Assembly: GCA_008632985.1 (NCBI GenBank)
Contig: QPGO01000119.1
Span: forward strand, 124,001 to 188,000
Source of the DNA: Psammoneis japonica
Lineage: Eukaryota
Length of the DNA stretch: 64,000 bases
Reading direction: 5' to 3'
The notes beneath the pieces were generated by a model. It was not told the origin of the DNA and ran no database searches. It saw only the letters and a program-made list of their open reading frames with translations. The position numbers were made by a program, and so were the translations under genes. Below, in pieces: positions 44,831 through 57,523 of this stretch; position 1 is the stretch's first letter; each line of letters begins with the position of its first letter.

Positions 44831-45421
44831 ATGAATAGAAATAAGGTATGGAAGGAAGAGTCTACTTTGTGCATTGCAAGAACAGAAACACTTCCTCTCT
44901 CTAGCTAGCCTCTCTGGTAGGTACGGTATTTAATAGGTGCTGTGACTGCTGCGCTGCCTGCTTCATGCTGACAACACGAGTGCGCAAGTTTGAAACTCTG
45001 AAAGATCCGTCCAAGATCCATCACGTAGGTTTCGTACCAACGTGTACATGAGGTCTGTCGTGGTGCGGAGGCGTCAGGAATTAGTTCTTCGAGATGATCC
45101 CAGAATCCCAGCCTCGAGCATCTGCTATGTACTCTCTACTCTCCAGCTAGGTCTACTACTTCTCAAGAGAGAGAGAGAGTCTATAAATACTGCAAAAGTA
45201 TCGCCCCCTTTCTCCACAATACGCCAACAAACGCTGATCGAAGGACTTTCTTTAGAAAATGATGTAGGTCTAACAAAGGGAGGTATTCCAACACAGAAAA
45301 TAGTGTAAGCTTGCATTCCTCACCAGTGCTCGCACAGAAGAATGTCAGCATCACTCGTAGTATATCACATATCTAAAGTTACGCATCTGCAATCAAACTA
45401 AAACCCAGTGCAAATCAGTCT

Positions 45422-45937
45422 CTACCAGTCATGTTCTGGATCTTTTGCGTGGTACTTCTTCACATCATCCTGAAGCTTGTGCTTCTTTTCAATCTTCGCC
45501 TTGTCTTCATGAAGCGCAGCATCTTCAATAATGTGTTCAACTTCCAATAGCTCTTCCTTCAAGTGTCCATCCGAATCTCCGTCGGGAGCATCCACCGCAT
45601 ACGTGGCGTGCAACATCTTTTTGACGTGCGCGACTTGTGCTTCCACGTTGGCAATCTTTTCAAACATGCGATCCAACGCCTCGGCTTGGTCGGGTGTCAA
45701 CTCGCCATCATGTGCTTGATGAATTTCGGACGCCTCCTTGAGATCTGCCATGTGGCTTTCGAGCGTATCAATCTTGTCCACCATGTGAGTAAGAGTGTAC
45801 ATTTGCTCCGGTGCCAAATGCCCATCATAGGGAGGCATGGGCGCACTCGAAGAGAATCTTGCGGCAAATAACGCAGGGCCCGTCCTTTGAATCATGGCCG
45901 CACGTTTCACGAGCAAACGAATCGGTGTTCTCATCAT
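45422..45937 (-). CDS. Hypothetical coiled-coil protein with mitochondrial-type presequence
   Basis: MMRTPIRLLVKRAA..ARFSS presequence; internal repeat DG.L.P.Q...L..M..KI...E; YAVDAPDGDSDGH motif. Confidence 0.75.
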   Translation of the reverse strand: MMRTPIRLLVKRAAMIQRTGPALFAARFSSSAPMPPYDGHLAPEQMYTLTHMVDKIDTLESHMADLKEASEIHQAHDGELTPDQAEALDRMFEKIANVEAQVAHVKKMLHATYAVDAPDGDSDGHLKEELLEVEHIIEDAALHEDKAKIEKKHKLQDDVKKYHAKDPEHDW

Positions 45938-46951
45938 GGTTGTACTGTGTATGTATTCTTGTTGTGACTTGTTGCTTTTCGTTTTTTTTTTGAATGGCTG
46001 CGACGACGACACTTCTTCGTTGTTGCAAGATTGATGTTGATGTGCAAGAGATTGGGGTTCTCATTTTTTGCTTTCCCGGTTCGTTCGCTCGCGCGCGAGA
46101 AGTAACGCGCGAAACTACAGTCTGGCCTACACCCGCGCATGATAGGGTACCAGGGCCAAAGGCGACGACTTTTGTTCCCCTTCAACTTTCTATTCGTTGC
46201 TATCCTTAGTTTCTGGTTTACGAGTACAGTTTGTATTGGTAATTCACCACGTTCGTGGCGTACAAAAGACCTTTTGAACTCTCCGAAATGCCTTGGGTGA
46301 CTGATTGAGACGACGAGAGAGGGGGGCTAGATCAGTTTGCTTTTTCTTGATTCCTGATCGTAAACCACTGCAACTATTGCGTGGTAGACTCTACAGCATC
46401 TGGCTTTATGAATTCGGGATTGCTCCCCTCCCCAATACGAGAATAGATTGGTTTTGTCCTTCTTACGGGGAAGGACCAAGAAAGATGAAGTCATTGGGCT
46501 CGTTCGTGACTCCCCATTTTGACTACGGGAGTAACGCGCCCGAACGGTACTTACTGGAAGATCACTTTGCCCTGCAGAAAACAAGTCTCGAGGGTAAATT
46601 CGAGACTGGGCTAGATGCCTGCCGGGCAATATTTTGCCTTTGAATAATTATTATCAGGCCAGTCTCGTTTATCCCGGGTGACTGTCCCCAAAGTGTTTCA
46701 AATGGCAAACATTATGGGATGCCCGTTGTGTCGGTCATTTTCCCTAAATGTTTCATCGCACGAATAGTCCTTTTCTGGTGTCTAAGCTGCGTAGTATGCA
46801 TACTAGCACATACGACGAAAGAGTGGTTGGTATTCGAGGTTGTGATTGCGACAATGACCCTTTCGCCCGAACAAAGTAATACGCCCAATCAAGAATCTCA
46901 TTTGCGCAACTACACTCACACAACTAGAGACTCGCACCGTGCAATTCAACC

Positions 46952-48073
46952 ATGGGACAAACACTGCTATCTGTCGCCGCAATAATAGCCATGGCAATAT
47001 ACGCTAGAGCTGTGGACCCATGTAAAAGTGAAAGAGATACCCCGTTCAGTTCACAGGTCCAAGTCGAGTTTGGAATGGCTCACGACGAGGGACTCACAGA
47101 AGATGAAATGGAGAATTTGCAGGATGCCTTTGTAGACGCATATAACTCAAGGGCGGTTGTGAATGAATTCAATCAAGTTAACTGCGACATTGATCTGGTG
47201 AGACGCATCGACTCATGCGAGGTCGAAGCTTTAGACTCATATTTTCTCTTTGAGAATGGAAACAAAGTATATCGAAGGGTTTTTACGTTTGACTGCAAAG
47301 CACAATGTCGACTATGTGACCAAGACCAGAGCCTACTGGACAACACACCAGAGACGAGAAGAGAACTGCAAAGTATGTTTTATGAAGATGGAGAGGAAAT
47401 TGAACGGGAGCTGCTATTTGTTCCTCCAGAAGACGCAGGAGGCTTTTGCACGTGCCACGAAGACGCTGAAATTCGGGGACCTAGTCAACAGGAAATGAAA
47501 GATGCGCTAAAAGTTGAAATCAGCAATAAGAAGGAACAAAATCAGCTTCATGCTGTCAAGAGCGTATTCCATGTTGTTCAAATGGAGCAAGTTCCATGTA
47601 GTGCAGACGAAGATGATTTTGACACTGTTGTGGTTGTCAAACTCAGCGGGGATCCCGCTCCGCTGGATAAGTACGCAATGGCAAACGGCTTATTGGATTC
47701 TTTCAACGAGGCATCAATCGGCTACTGTGACGCCTATCATCGTAGAATTACAGGGGTCACTGTAAAGGACACAGGCTCGAGAAGAAGACTGCGAAGAAAG
47801 AAAACCGGTGGCAAGAGAAAATGGCGTCTGAGGATTAGCGGACGATGTCGAGGTTGCCCAAGGAAGGCAAGACTGTTCGACGACTTGATCGCTAGACGGC
47901 TCAATGGGACTGAGGAAACTACAGACGAGAACAGTTGGACGGATAGTTGCTATTGTCCCAAATATCCACTTGCGAGAAGACCTGTCAATGAGTCCGAGTT
48001 CAAACCGCTATACAGTCGTTCAGTTGAACAAACAAATGACGTTCGTGTTAACAGCGTTGACGAAGTGGGATAA
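46952..48073 (+). CDS. Secreted Cys-containing protein with two related domains separated by RREL/RRL sites
   Basis: Intact 373-aa ORF with signal peptide. Duplicated pattern D(A/S)(Y/F)N...CD...RRI...CR.C....L.D...RR.L...C.C. Confidence 0.8.
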   Translation: MGQTLLSVAAIIAMAIYARAVDPCKSERDTPFSSQVQVEFGMAHDEGLTEDEMENLQDAFVDAYNSRAVVNEFNQVNCDIDLVRRIDSCEVEALDSYFLFENGNKVYRRVFTFDCKAQCRLCDQDQSLLDNTPETRRELQSMFYEDGEEIERELLFVPPEDAGGFCTCHEDAEIRGPSQQEMKDALKVEISNKKEQNQLHAVKSVFHVVQMEQVPCSADEDDFDTVVVVKLSGDPAPLDKYAMANGLLDSFNEASIGYCDAYHRRITGVTVKDTGSRRRLRRKKTGGKRKWRLRISGRCRGCPRKARLFDDLIARRLNGTEETTDENSWTDSCYCPKYPLARRPVNESEFKPLYSRSVEQTNDVRVNSVDEVG

Positions 48074-49655
48074 TTATCGCAATTCCTAACAACTCAAGAA
48101 CTTCAAGCAATACCAGAGTTTATGAAAACCATAGAAACGCTTTCCCAGCTCTTGCTTTGTTTTGCTCTAGTTTATCGGTACACTATTCAATTTTAACACG
48201 AACTTGTACCATACTATCTTAGACATGAAAGCCCCAGAACACACACCATAGCAGAATACAGAACTGCTTGTTTGACTTCTATCGGTCCATTATCGGTTGA
48301 CTGTTTGGATGCTATTGCATTCTTCTTTCTTGGTCCTCAGCTACGACTACTCGTCTTCGTAACCCGGCAATATTGTGATCGGAAGGATCAGTACCGTTTT
48401 ATGTCCTATGCTTTAAGTAAAAACGACAAGACAAAAATGTCCACCTTAAAATGACAAAGCAAACGTCGGCACGCTAAAGGCCGGTTAAACAAATGATTTT
48501 GTCATACAGTATCGATTAAGTAAAGTGTCGCATGATTTGTGACAGAACGATTCATCAAACGGTTCACGGTTCCTCCCTCACATTTTCCCGAATTGCGACT
48601 GCGTGTGCCTGCACAACACTACTGTATGCTGTGTAGAGCAAAACAATTGTCGACAAATAATTACCCCATCTGCAAGACGAGACTGCCGGACGGCATTGAA
48701 GATCGCAGACCTCCGATGGCGTTTCTCAGCATGGTCGTTGTTCGGCAGTGACTGCCTCTTGAAGTGATACAGGCGAATAAAAGACATGTGCAGCAGTGTG
48801 ACGCTTCATAAAAGAGACTCAGAATCTAGAGCTCCATAAAAGAGCCACAGCACAACAGTCTCTTGCCTTTCCACTCCCACCTCTACAAACACTGCTTTTG
48901 AGGAACGTCCGTCACGACTTCGATCGCCTCTTTCTGTGTATTTCAATCGCCAATCGCACACAATAGCAGTGGTGATGGAAGTTTCTACTTGCGCAACATT
49001 AAGTGAACAAGTGGGTTTTTGCGATTGGAAGAAACTGCGTATGTTGGAGTATAAACCTTGTCTCACGGGGTCTTCGTCTTAGTGTGAATTTCTTGTCGTC
49101 GCAAGGGGGCATGTTGTGACTGTGCTTGGTCTCACGCTGTCGCGTCCTTGTCGAGGACAAAATCGATCGAATTTCTTGGATGATGCAGGACGTTCATAAC
49201 TAGGTGGCTTTATTTTATGTTGTATTCACATCATTGAATTTTGAGCTGTGCCGCCCGGGGTCTCATTTTCAATAGAATGCACCCGAAGAAAGGATAGCGC
49301 GAAGTTGAATGTTGAAAGTTTGCAGACGAAATTACACATGCTTGTACCGGATCGTCGGCGATGTTTGGCAGATTTCGAGGTGGACTTTCCATCCCAATTC
49401 TCTGAACGAGACAAGTACTGTGCTCGTTTCATGCGATGAGCTAGTCTTGTTCCGGTTAATTCTTCGTTTCATGCCCGCCTACAGTGTCGGCGACGGACTA
49501 GCTCTACATCGGCCTCAATAATGAATCTTTCTAAGCCTTCACTTCGATTTCGGTTGAGGGAATAAAGGACTTTATAGTTTCTCTCTAAAACTAGCGCAGC
49601 TTAGACAATCTAGGTTCTCTGGCTCAAGCCTCTCGAATATGCGAGTATCAGCATT

Positions 49656-49997
49656 CTAAATCATGCCAATGCGACCCGCTGCCAGTCGCTGCTTTGTTTC
49701 GGCGGCTATCCTGGCGGCTTCTTTTTCTTCGGCAATCTTGCGTTTTGCGGCCTCTTTTACTCGTCTTGCCGCCTCCTTGTTACTTTCTTGTGCGTTTCCC
49801 GGATCAATATCAATAGAATTCGACGGCTCCTTCAAAGCATCCGCTACAACTAGGCCAATCGCTCCGGCGGTGCTTTTCTCCATAAAAGCTCTTCTCGAAA
49901 ACGATGGGACTCTGCCATGGCTCCAGGCTTCCGTCCTGGAAAGTAGTACAAGCACAGCCACAAGTAATGAAAAGGAAGACAGTTTCAATGGATGCAT
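49656..49997 (-). CDS. Small plastid (possibly thylakoid-lumen) protein
   Basis: Signal peptide ending TEA-W (ASAF-like), then SRRAF twin-arginine plus hydrophobic stretch, then a short helical domain. Confidence 0.7.
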   Translation of the reverse strand: MHPLKLSSFSLLVAVLVLLSRTEAWSHGRVPSFSRRAFMEKSTAGAIGLVVADALKEPSNSIDIDPGNAQESNKEAARRVKEAAKRKIAEEKEAARIAAETKQRLAAGRIGMI

Positions 49998-50197
49998 GTT
50001 GCGCCAAATCTGGTTTTATGAGCAACTTTTGTTCCCTGAAGCGCCATCACCTTAGACTTTCTCCGCGCGGAGTTTCTGTTTCTCCGACTTCGCACACGAC
50101 CCGCGACCGAAAGCAACCGGGATTCATACGACTCATACGATTCCCGCCACAATCATTTCAAGCCGCTGGCACCCGCCATTTTCGAATGCCAACACTT

Positions 50198-52591
50198 CTA
50201 CTGACATGTAGAACAGCACGTGCAATTGACTGAACAGTCCACAACAAAGGTTTCTAGTGAACCGTATGGCTCTCGTAATTGACAAAGCTCCGTTGGAACA
50301 GATCCAGAAAGACTGTTCAGAGACAGCACAAGTGCCTCTGGAAACAGAAACAAGGATGAAACGCAAATGAGTGTTGGATATTTGCAACAAAGCAAAATTT
50401 CTGGTTATCTGACGACGCAAGAAAAGCAAATCGTACCAAGATTTGACAAATTGCTCATTTCAGGCGGGATTTTCCCCGTGACTCCAGTCGATGTCAAAAC
50501 GAGTTCTTCTGTAGTACGTCACGAAGAGACAGCAGGTGGTAAGAACAAGCAAAAAGACAAAAACGATCACGAAGAGCTTCTCTACATACCTAAGGTCACG
50601 ACAAGTCCAATCTCGGACGGGATGGTCGACGACAGCAAGTCGTTACGTTCCAGGTTAAGAATTTCGAGTCTCTGCAGCAAACCTATCTCGGTTGGAATGG
50701 AGCCAACAAAATTGTTTCTCGACACGTCTAGTCTAACCAATTGCGTGAGGCTGGCAAGCATGTCGGTTAAATTCCCTTCAAACTCATTTGATGCGATACC
50801 CAAAAATTGAACAGAAGCAAGAGATTCAATGGGAAATGGCCCACTGAAGGAATTGAAATTGAGTTTTAGGATCTCAAGATTGGACAGCTTTGAAATCTCG
50901 TTTGAAATGCTCCCAGAAAAAGAATTTCCACCGAAGTCTACCACCTCTAGCGAAGAAATCTCGTAGAGAACTGTCGGAAAAGTGCCGTTAAAGTCGTTTT
51001 CGTTCAGATACAATCTGACAAGATTAGTGAGACTAGCAAATTCGTCCGGGAGTGACGAGATTGTGTTTCTTGATAGCGACATGGACTCTTTCAAAGAGCA
51101 AGAATCAGTAAGGAGCGCATTTAGTAAAGAAAATGAAGCAAAGCAACAAAGGGACGGAAATTCAGCAATATACATACCCATGGACGACAACAATCCAATT
51201 TCAGGGGGGATAGCGCCAGTTACGCCATTACCATCGGTCCCAGTATCAATCGACACCACGTCTCCATCACTGTCGCAATTAACATACTGCCATATGCACT
51301 CGTCCACGTCGACCCGCAACCAGTCGCTAGTAATGATCCACTCATCGTCGTTGCCACCTGTGGCATAGAAAAACACTGCCAGGGCGTAGCGTTGCAGCAT
51401 CGTCGAAATGCTTGTGGCAAGTTGGTCATCATTCAACAGAGGCGACATTTCATCCTGTACTATCCATGCAAGTGCACGATTCTGAGGAGAGCCTGTTTGA
51501 GCCAACACCGAGGGATCCGAAACGAGGGAGACAATCGTTTCGACAACTTCTTTTCTCGAGGTCTCGTCGACTACGTTGCGCGCACCCGAAGGAGAAGGAG
51601 AAGACTTTGCGGTCAGGGGAATCGTTACGGCCAGAATAATGGCAATCAATAGCAAGAGAATCACGACAAGTTGCTTGAATCTATTTTGGTACCACTTTGG
51701 AACCTTGAAGCTTTCTTCCTTGACAGGATGAGACTCGTTGCTTTCGCCGTGTTCCAGATCATCACAACTGGTTACATTGTTTGTTGAAAATTCCCGTGGA
51801 TTTTCTTGTGGTATATTAGCTTCTTGCAATATCGTGAGTCGCCCCTTTTGCAAATGCTCTTGTTGACTGGAGGACGTGACAGCCACGGCTCCGGGCGAGC
51901 TTTCCATTCGTGCCGCTGGAGGTTCTTCTACATCACCTTCCCATACCTCGGTAGGTGACGACCAGGATTCCTCGGCAGCGTCCAACGCCGGATATTCCCA
52001 CAAGGCATTACTAGTCGCAGTTTCCACTTGCTTTCCATTCTTTCGCTTCGTCCTGGCGTCGAGTGCCATGGGCGACATGGCGAATGCTCCGGGAGTTGAT
52101 GATCCAGACGTATTCGAGTGTGCTGGAGACTTAGCATTCGATTTCGCCACCTTGCCGGTGTGTTTTTGTACGAGCCGAGGTGAACTTTTGGAAGAAGAAT
52201 CATGCGTTGAAGAACGCCGATGTGATGCTCTGGCGTATGCTCCGGGTGTGGATGTAGGGGTATTCGCAATTTTCGTTCGGTGAGTCGCCGAGGAAGATGG
52301 CGATTTGCTACTCTCTTTTGCCAACTTATCAGCATATCGATGATCAAACCGAGGAGAAGCTTGTGTAGAGATATTATTGTGAACTGAAGAGCCGCGACGT
52401 GGAGGTGGTGTCATGGAGGGTAAAGGCTCGCAGGTTCGTCTTGAAGTATGCTGGCTCGGTCTTGGTCGTCGATGAGACGGCATTGAGGAGTCTGGTTCTT
52501 CTTGCTTCGGGTCATCAATTTCTGGCGTGTATTGACCTTTTATCCTCTCTTTAGGGACATCAACTTTCTGATTCTCCTTCTTGCGCGTCAT
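50198..52591 (-). CDS. Type II membrane LRR receptor-like protein; introns 51088-51177, 50509-50589, 50338-50436
   Basis: Disordered N-terminus with PGA motifs, TM LVVILLLLIAIILAVTIPL, N-cap SPQNRALAWI..QRYALAVFFYATGG..W..W..ECIW..V.C, LRRs, C-cap VDCSVNCTCCSTC. Introns join in phase. Confidence 0.9.
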
Positions 52592-53013
52592 GGTTGTTTT
52601 CAGTTGCCGATGAAAGATCGCAACGTTAGAGAATAGGAGTAGTACACTGCACACGCACACAGCGCCGCCCGCATCAAGGATTTGGCGAATTTTTTTGATT
52701 TTTTGGGATCGACAAAAAATTGGTTCACGAATGTCGAATGTCTTTTCTACATGGTTATTCTGGTAGTCATGTACACACGCAAGACTGCATCCGCGGATGT
52801 CAGTCGTACAACTTCAAGTCCCGGGTCGCATCCAAAATCAGTCACGATCTTCAATCTTCAACCTCCCCATGAGCAGATGGAGAGCATGACGAGAAGAAGA
52901 TCATGATGATTATGCGACGCATCCGTTCCGTCGATTGCAACACCTTTGTTACTAGGCCCTAGTGACTTACTTTGCCTGAACGCAGAACACAACAGCTTGA
53001 GCTTGACAGAAAA

Positions 53014-54363
53014 ATGAAGCTTCTCCAACGCCAGTGGCTCGTGTTGCTCCTACTGCTGCTTCTAAGCACTGCAACATCCCTACGAGGACCGTCGAAGCAA
53101 GTACCTGCCGCTCCATCTCAAAAGGAAGTTCCTTCTAAAGAAGCCGACTTGGATGAATTGCAACAAGAAGAAAAACTCGTGGCTCGTAAGGAAGAACGCA
53201 TGGATCAATTCGTGACACTCATTGGAGTTGCCACGACCTTTGCCACCACGCTTTATGGGTGTGTCTTGCTCGTGATGCACAATCATTTTAGACGCCAAAT
53301 CTTTGTCATGACTGTCGTACGTGCTGCAGGCTTTATTGAATTGGAACGAGCCGCGTGGGAGCTGAGACGCAACATTCGTCGTTCCATTCGTACTGCCGTC
53401 CTGAACGCTCCTTCTCTCCTGTTAATGAGGCGAGCTTTACGGGATTTGCAACGACGAAAGTCACATGCCAAGAAAATCCTCCATCAAACCCAATTGGCAG
53501 AAGCGGATGGGGTGGTGACACGGAGAGAAGCACGAAAAATTAGAAAAATGCAAAGAAAACAAGTCCAGCGGATTCGACAAGACATTCGACGACTCAGGCG
53601 TGGGTCGTCGACGATTGCCAAACTATGGCGAAAGCTGGATCTAAAGCATGCATCAGAAATTATCAGGCGGTTGATATTCATGGTGGCGGCTGTTTTGGCC
53701 AGTGGGCATTCCATTTCGACGGTTGGAAAGGTGATTTCGGGGTATTGTCGCTTCTGGTCCCTGGGACAATTCTTGATGGAAACCAACTATCGGCTCGGCA
53801 TGCCGCTTTCCAAGTTCATTATCAAACGCACGATTGATCCCATGTCCATGACCATATCTGACGAAGACCCAAGTATTGTGCGCGTGGCCTTGGGAGTGAG
53901 CCTCATGTATGCCTTGTCAGCCTTGATAGTTCTATTTCGCTTCAATTTTGGGCTACGGCTCAATGCATCCTTTTTGTCAGCATCCTTGATTCTACGAGGC
54001 CTAACGGGCGTTCTAGCGGTGTTGGATGAGATAGTACAACGAAAGGAACGAAAAGATGACAGCGATGAAGATGACGACAAGGATAGGAAAAAGGACAACG
54101 ACAAAAACAAAGACAAGAACAAGGATAAGAAAGATAAGAAGCCGGAAGATGTTTCTTCAAGGGTAAAGGTTTATGCGATACCTGGAATGAAGCGAAAAGT
54201 TGTTGTGCCAGAGTTTTTTATTGGTATTTCCACTCTGCTCTTGGTCGCTTCATCCATGTATTGCTCCTACAAACTGGAAACCACCCCACCGCCTTGGTTG
54301 GATCCGTTGGTTGCAGTGGAGGAGGTTATTGGAAAACTAGTCGTCTTGGCGGACAAAATGTAA
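53014..54363 (+). CDS. Multi-pass membrane protein of unknown function
   Basis: Long intact ORF with signal peptide, several hydrophobic segments, an Arg-rich coiled region and a D/K-rich loop. Confidence 0.8.
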   Translation: MKLLQRQWLVLLLLLLLSTATSLRGPSKQVPAAPSQKEVPSKEADLDELQQEEKLVARKEERMDQFVTLIGVATTFATTLYGCVLLVMHNHFRRQIFVMTVVRAAGFIELERAAWELRRNIRRSIRTAVLNAPSLLLMRRALRDLQRRKSHAKKILHQTQLAEADGVVTRREARKIRKMQRKQVQRIRQDIRRLRRGSSTIAKLWRKLDLKHASEIIRRLIFMVAAVLASGHSISTVGKVISGYCRFWSLGQFLMETNYRLGMPLSKFIIKRTIDPMSMTISDEDPSIVRVALGVSLMYALSALIVLFRFNFGLRLNASFLSASLILRGLTGVLAVLDEIVQRKERKDDSDEDDDKDRKKDNDKNKDKNKDKKDKKPEDVSSRVKVYAIPGMKRKVVVPEFFIGISTLLLVASSMYCSYKLETTPPPWLDPLVAVEEVIGKLVVLADKM

Positions 54364-55240
54364 TTACAGTAGGTGGTGATTGACTTTGCTTCGTACGCTT
54401 CGCGGCAAACTTAACGTTGTTGCAAGGTTAGATGTGGTTGACTTGGCCTCGCTATGACTCTAAAGAGTGTTATTCTTAACAATAATAGCTTCTGAGTTTC
54501 AGAAAAAGTTGGTGAGATGAGGCCCCGTTGCTCTGCCTCCCGCCATTTGTTTGGAGCTCCTATGGCCCCGACGCGGCACAGGCTGTAGGCCCGAACAGCT
54601 GCTCGTGTTGCTTGTGGTACCGGTACTAGCAGCCAAGCTGATCGTCTGGGCAACAGTTGACAAGAGCACTCTACTCTCTCTCTACTCTCTACGGTAGCTC
54701 TAGCTACGTACTACATAGTAGGAGCTAAAGTTAGATTGCTTGAAGGAAAAGGCTACGGTGTGTACTGTACTTAGGCCTGCTTCACCAATCAGAACGATCT
54801 TCCAATCAAAATGTGGGAGGTTCGCGCCCGTTGAACTTCTGATGCCACGATTTAGTATCGCGGAAAGAGTTGTTTCAAAATTCCGCATTTCTTAAGGCTG
54901 GCATTTGTGACGTCATCTGCGAAGATTTTGGCGCCAAAACTGATCTTTGACAACCATAATTCTGAAGATGAAGAATTCAGATCTCTGTTTATGCCCCTTT
55001 GACACCTCGCCTCTTGATTGGCTGAATTTGTTCGGTACGCAATCACATCATACAGGTGCTCCAATACATTTTCTACGATATAGCCTCCGATCATCCTTAC
55101 GTAGAATTGTACGGAGTACGTACTTGTGTGCTTTGCGACATCGTTTTTGTTCGTGCAACCGCTTGACGCGATTTCCTCACACTTTTTCCGTGAAAGGCGG
55201 ATCTTGAACGGGACAGTGCTCTTTGGAACAAGAATTTCGA

Positions 55241-55805
55241 ATGACAATGGCCGAACCAATCAACCTTGCCCGCCGTCTCTCGGTCCGCAACGAACCAGAC
55301 TTACTCCGTAAGTAGTCTGTCAAGTGTAGAGAGTGACTGCCGCGTTTGCAGCTCGAAAACTCACAAAGATACCGTTTGCTTTCTCATTTTTCTTTCGAAA
55401 TCTTTCCGACCTGACACCAATGCGAATTCAGAGGAGAACTTTATCGATGGTAAGTTCTACGACTGGAAGCAGCACGCAATGGCTCTACATCTCTGCATAC
55501 TCACACGATCATCCCCTTTCTTCTCTTGATTTGCAGACGATGATAACACGGTTTTCACGGAAAGTCACTGCAAGACCCTGGCCGATAAGCTCTGCGCTCA
55601 CGAGACGCTTCCTACAGAATGTATGCAATTCCCCAAGATTGTCAGCAACATTCAGCGCAAGAACTCTAACAAGCATGACCAAGCCAAGGCCTTTGCGGGG
55701 ATGAGTCCTCGCGAGATGGCAAACGCCATGCGTGCCCGTGAGACTGGCAAGTTGAACCACGCTCAAATCCAGCGCCGTCTCACCGATCGCCGCCGCAAGT
55801 GGTAA
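55241..55805 (+). CDS. Small hypothetical protein; exons 55241-55307, 55432-55449, 55537-55805
   Basis: Two gtaagt donors and cag acceptors join in phase: MTMAEPINLARRLSVRNEPDLLQENFIDDDDNTVF...RRLTDRRRKW*. Confidence 0.7.
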
Positions 55806-56412
55806 AAAGAGCACGAATCAGGCGCCTCCCAGGAGTATGGGTATTGTATGTTCACACTGTTGATATATCATATTACGTACTGCGTCGTGTGGGCTCAAGC
55901 CTTGAGGTTGGTGGCAGATAGAAGACCGAGATCACCAAGTCTTTTGTTCTTTCGCAAGACTTGGATCTGTCACCAAGTATGTGATTGACGATTCCATATC
56001 ATATATTTCTTGCATTTGATTTATACCTACGAGTCCCACGTTTGTATTCTCCGAGATGAGACTTTATCTTTCTCACACAAGGACCGAATTCGTGTTATGG
56101 AGGAAGAAAGCTGGAGTCACGAATCTTTCACACATTCCCAGAGTACATGTTCAAGCTTAGCTGAGTTAGAGTTTATCGTTAGGTTTTGAATTTTGTTTAT
56201 TCTATAGAAAATCCGACAGTCTTTATCGTGTTTCTCCATTGAGTCGTAGTACAACTGCTGGTACTGCTTTTTAGAGGGAGGTGGGGCGGGCATAGCTCTC
56301 CCTAGAGTAGAGACGCAAACGCATCTAACTTTACATGCCTATTTTCTTTGCTTGCTCTTATGATTAGAAGAGACCGTTACAAGTTTTAGTTTTTAGGTAC
56401 CATCCACAATTC

Positions 56413-57114
56413 CTAGCTTCTCGCGGCATCTTCTCTTAAAAGGTCTTGAAAGATCTTTCTCTGCACTCGCAGCAAGTTGCGGTGCTTTTCATTGGAACAC
56501 TCATCAATTGATTTCTTTTGTTTGGAGCGATGGCTCGTAGAGCTTCGCAGTAAATGGCTGACTTTTTCACGACAAAAGTCCTTGTCGGCTTGCAAATAAA
56601 TGCCGCTTTCGGGGTCGATGCGAAGAAACCTACCTCCTCGAGACGAAACGGTCTTGACTATTCGCAATGATATTTCTGTCTTCTGTGTTTTGGAACTCTC
56701 TTTGTATATCGCTCGATATGTTTTCACAAGTCCGTGTAGATATCGATTGCCCGCATGCTGTAACACAGATCGTCCTTTCCCGCATAATATGTCTTCTTCT
56801 CGAGGGATCAGCTCGTGTGTTTCTGTGTTCGTGCTTGCTATTATTCCTGAGCACCTTTCTTCTCGAGGGACCAGCTCATCATGTGTCTCTGAGTTCTTGC
56901 GTGCTGCTGTTTCGGAGCAGTTTGCGCCATCGATTTGAAGTAGAGGGGAGTCTTTGGCTTCGCCCATCTTGTCACTTGACGCTTTGTTTTCGCTGTGTTG
57001 GAAATCCATTTTCAAAAATTGTGAGCTTGTGTTTTGTTGTTTTCTGGCGCGTTTCTTAGATCGTGCCTGCTCTTGGTCGTGACGCGGTGGTGATCGCACA
57101 TCCTCAAAAAACAT
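56413..57114 (-). CDS. DUF6824-domain protein (family expanded in diatoms)
   Basis: P.EEDILCGKG...HAGNRYL..LV....Y....K..KT.I...IV..V..RGGRFL....REKVSHLLR. Confidence 0.88.
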   Translation of the reverse strand: MFFEDVRSPPRHDQEQARSKKRARKQQNTSSQFLKMDFQHSENKASSDKMGEAKDSPLLQIDGANCSETAARKNSETHDELVPREERCSGIIASTNTETHELIPREEDILCGKGRSVLQHAGNRYLHGLVKTYRAIYKESSKTQKTEISLRIVKTVSSRGGRFLRIDPESGIYLQADKDFCREKVSHLLRSSTSHRSKQKKSIDECSNEKHRNLLRVQRKIFQDLLREDAARS

Positions 57115-57523
57115 TGATTTAACTCAGCTTTGAATACAGTTTAATGCTTTTCTGATCGCGCCGTCAGACGTGTTTCGCGAATTGGAATCAGCTTGAGCAT
57201 TACCATCTGCTCGTTAGTAGTACTCTCTATCTGGCAGTAGAGAGTAGGGCCCCTACAGTTGAGGAACAGAGGATAGCATTGAAGTCATTGGTCCCATGTT
57301 CAGACGATGTCAACAACTCCTTTGTCGGTGCAATGTGTGGACACGACAGATTTGTGGGAAGACTTCTGCAAGGCTGCAATTGCCACGGCAACCCCGATTA
57401 GGAAATAAAAGGAAGTGACAACGCATTAAAATAGATGAATTCCATCAACTATAATCTATGTTTTGGGCAACTTCCAAACAGAGCACTGAAGAGTCCGTAT
57501 GCAACGACAATGTGGATAATCGT

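Noticed and set aside
48270..49520. Several 60-86 aa ORFs, possibly a decayed gene
   Set aside because: No family recognised and no continuous frame.
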